32,000 nucleotides of DNA from Cereibacter sphaeroides 2.4.1 (GTDB lineage: Bacteria; Pseudomonadota; Alphaproteobacteria; Rhodobacterales; Rhodobacteraceae), in assembly GCF_000012905.2 (NCBI RefSeq), contig NC_007494.2, positions 900,001 to 932,000 on the forward strand, read 5' to 3'. Below are positions 30,776-32,000 of the stretch, one piece after another. Under the pieces are notes generated by a model. It saw nothing but the letters and a program-made list of their open reading frames with translations, was not told the DNA's origin and made no database searches. How positions within the stretch are numbered: position 1 is the stretch's first letter; each line of letters starts with the position of its first letter. A program made the position numbers and the translations under genes.

Positions 30776-31636
30776 ATGCAGCAGGAGACCGAGATCCGAG
30801 AGGCGCTGGCCCGTGTCGCGGCGGGCGATGCGCCGATCCTCCGGGGCTTCGCGGTCTGGCTGCTCGACAATCTCTCGGCCGTAGCCTTCAACTCGACCCG
30901 CAGCCTCGCGGCCCTCGCCGGCACCAACCCCAACACGGTGACGCGGCTCGCGCGCGAGATTGGCTTCGACGGCTACGACAGTTTCCGCTCGGCTGTGCAG
31001 GAGGTCGTGCAGCGCCGCAACATCCGCTACGGCGAGCGGGCCGAGGCGCTGCGCCACCGGTCGGAGGCCGACATCTGGGGCGAGGCGCTGACCGCCAACC
31101 TCGGCAATATCGAGACGCTCTTCTCGGCCGAGGGCATGGACCTGCTCGAAAGCTGCGTCGAGCCGCTGCTCGCCGCGCGCCGCGTCCATACGATCGGGGT
31201 CCGAAGCTGCTTCGGGCTTGCCCATTACTTCTCCTATGTCGGGGGGCGGGCCTTCGCGAACTTCATCGAGGTGCCGGTGACGCCGGGCGCCATCCTCGAT
31301 CAGGTCGCCTCGGCCACGCCCGAGGATATCGTGGTCGCCATCACCTACGAGCATTATTCCGCCGAGGTGGTCCGCGCCTGCCATGTCGCGCGCAGCTGCG
31401 GGGCGCGGATCCTCGCGCTGACCGACAGCCATTCCGCGCCGGTGGCCGAAGGCGCCTGGAAGGTGGTGCGCCTGCCCATGGCCGGGCCGCAGATCCTGCC
31501 GTCGCTGACGGCGGCCTATATCGCGCTCGAGCTGCTCCTGTCGGCCATGGCCGCGCGCTCGCCCGATGCCGCGGCGCGCCTTCTGGGCTTCGAGGCGCGG
31601 ATGGAGCGGTTCGGCGGCTATGTCCGGCACCGCTGA
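30776..31636 (+). CDS. MurR/RpiR family transcriptional regulator (HTH_6 plus SIS domain)
   Basis: 286 aa. [27 protein letters not shown] (HTH_6). The SIS-like part includes [16 protein letters not shown] and [11 protein letters not shown]. Confidence 0.85.
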   Translation: MQQETEIREALARVAAGDAPILRGFAVWLLDNLSAVAFNSTRSLAALAGTNPNTVTRLAREIGFDGYDSFRSAVQEVVQRRNIRYGERAEALRHRSEADIWGEALTANLGNIETLFSAEGMDLLESCVEPLLAARRVHTIGVRSCFGLAHYFSYVGGRAFANFIEVPVTPGAILDQVASATPEDIVVAITYEHYSAEVVRACHVARSCGARILALTDSHSAPVAEGAWKVVRLPMAGPQILPSLTAAYIALELLLSAMAARSPDAAARLLGFEARMERFGGYVRHR

Positions 31637-31961
31637 GAGCGCTCCGTGACGCGGCTCCGACCGAGGCTGGTGCATGACCGCGCTCGATGAGACTGCCTGT
31701 CCCTTCGTCCCGCGCATCCGCTGAACGGTCCGTCTCGGAGGCTGCCCCATCGGCCGGCGCACCGTGCAACCGATGCCTCCGCGGCGCCGCTCTCCGGAAT
31801 TTGTGCGTTGCCTTGCAAGGACCTTACGCTAGCCTGATCGGAGAGGGCCACACGGCCGAAAGCGGGCCTGCGCCAGACCCTGCGGCACCGCTCGGTGCCT
31901 CGCCCCGGGCGGTCTGCCGCCTTCCCCCAACGCGGCCCTGCCGCCCAGACAAGGAGATCCC

Positions 31962-32000
31962 ATGGCCAAGAAGATCTACTGCGCCTTCGGCACCGACATC
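31962..32000 (+). CDS. 5' end of an unidentified gene (MAKKIYCAFGTDI...), truncated by the window edge
   Basis: AAGGAGA ribosome-binding site 4 nt upstream of the ATG at 31962. Only 13 codons are visible. Confidence 0.4.
   Translation, partial: MAKKIYCAFGTDI

Overview
GC-rich window (about two-thirds G+C by eye, alphaproteobacterial/Rhodobacterales-like codon usage). Positions 1 to about 23.9 kb are most of a lambda-like prophage. Positions 23.9-32 kb are host chromosome. Going right to left, the prophage starts with a tyrosine integrase next to an intact tRNA-Val(TAC) gene, the probable att site, followed by xis. Next is a plus-strand 'early-left' operon of small and DUF genes (DUF2303, Gp37/Gp68, DUF4326, a short C5-methyltransferase-like gene). 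Then comes a cI-like HTH-S24 repressor flanked by two operator/promoter regions that share an 18-bp GGGG/CCCC palindrome. A divergent minus-strand operon follows: a Cro-like gene, HTH genes, DUF1937, a DnaA-domain-IV-only protein, DUF1376 and a block of TTCTGTCC iterons. Last is a complete lambda-type packaging/head module (Nu1-like, gpA, gpW, portal gpB, S49 protease gpC with a nested scaffold, gpD, gpE, FII-like) and the start of a tail module (U-like, tube, G/GT chaperone with a G_GGA_AAC -1 slippery site). The tail module stops at about nt 333. There it abuts a lower-GC, oppositely oriented YbjQ/UPF0145 gene. No tape measure, tail tip, lysis or N/Q-type genes were recognised in the window. 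The host flank is a minus-strand operon: TAXI solute receptor, fused TRAP permease (frameshifted at a C7 run), UspA, class-III aminotransferase and a BKACE enzyme. A divergent RpiR/MurR regulator sits next to it. No CRISPR array, rRNA or IS element was seen. All family assignments come from motif and pattern recognition by eye, not from searches.
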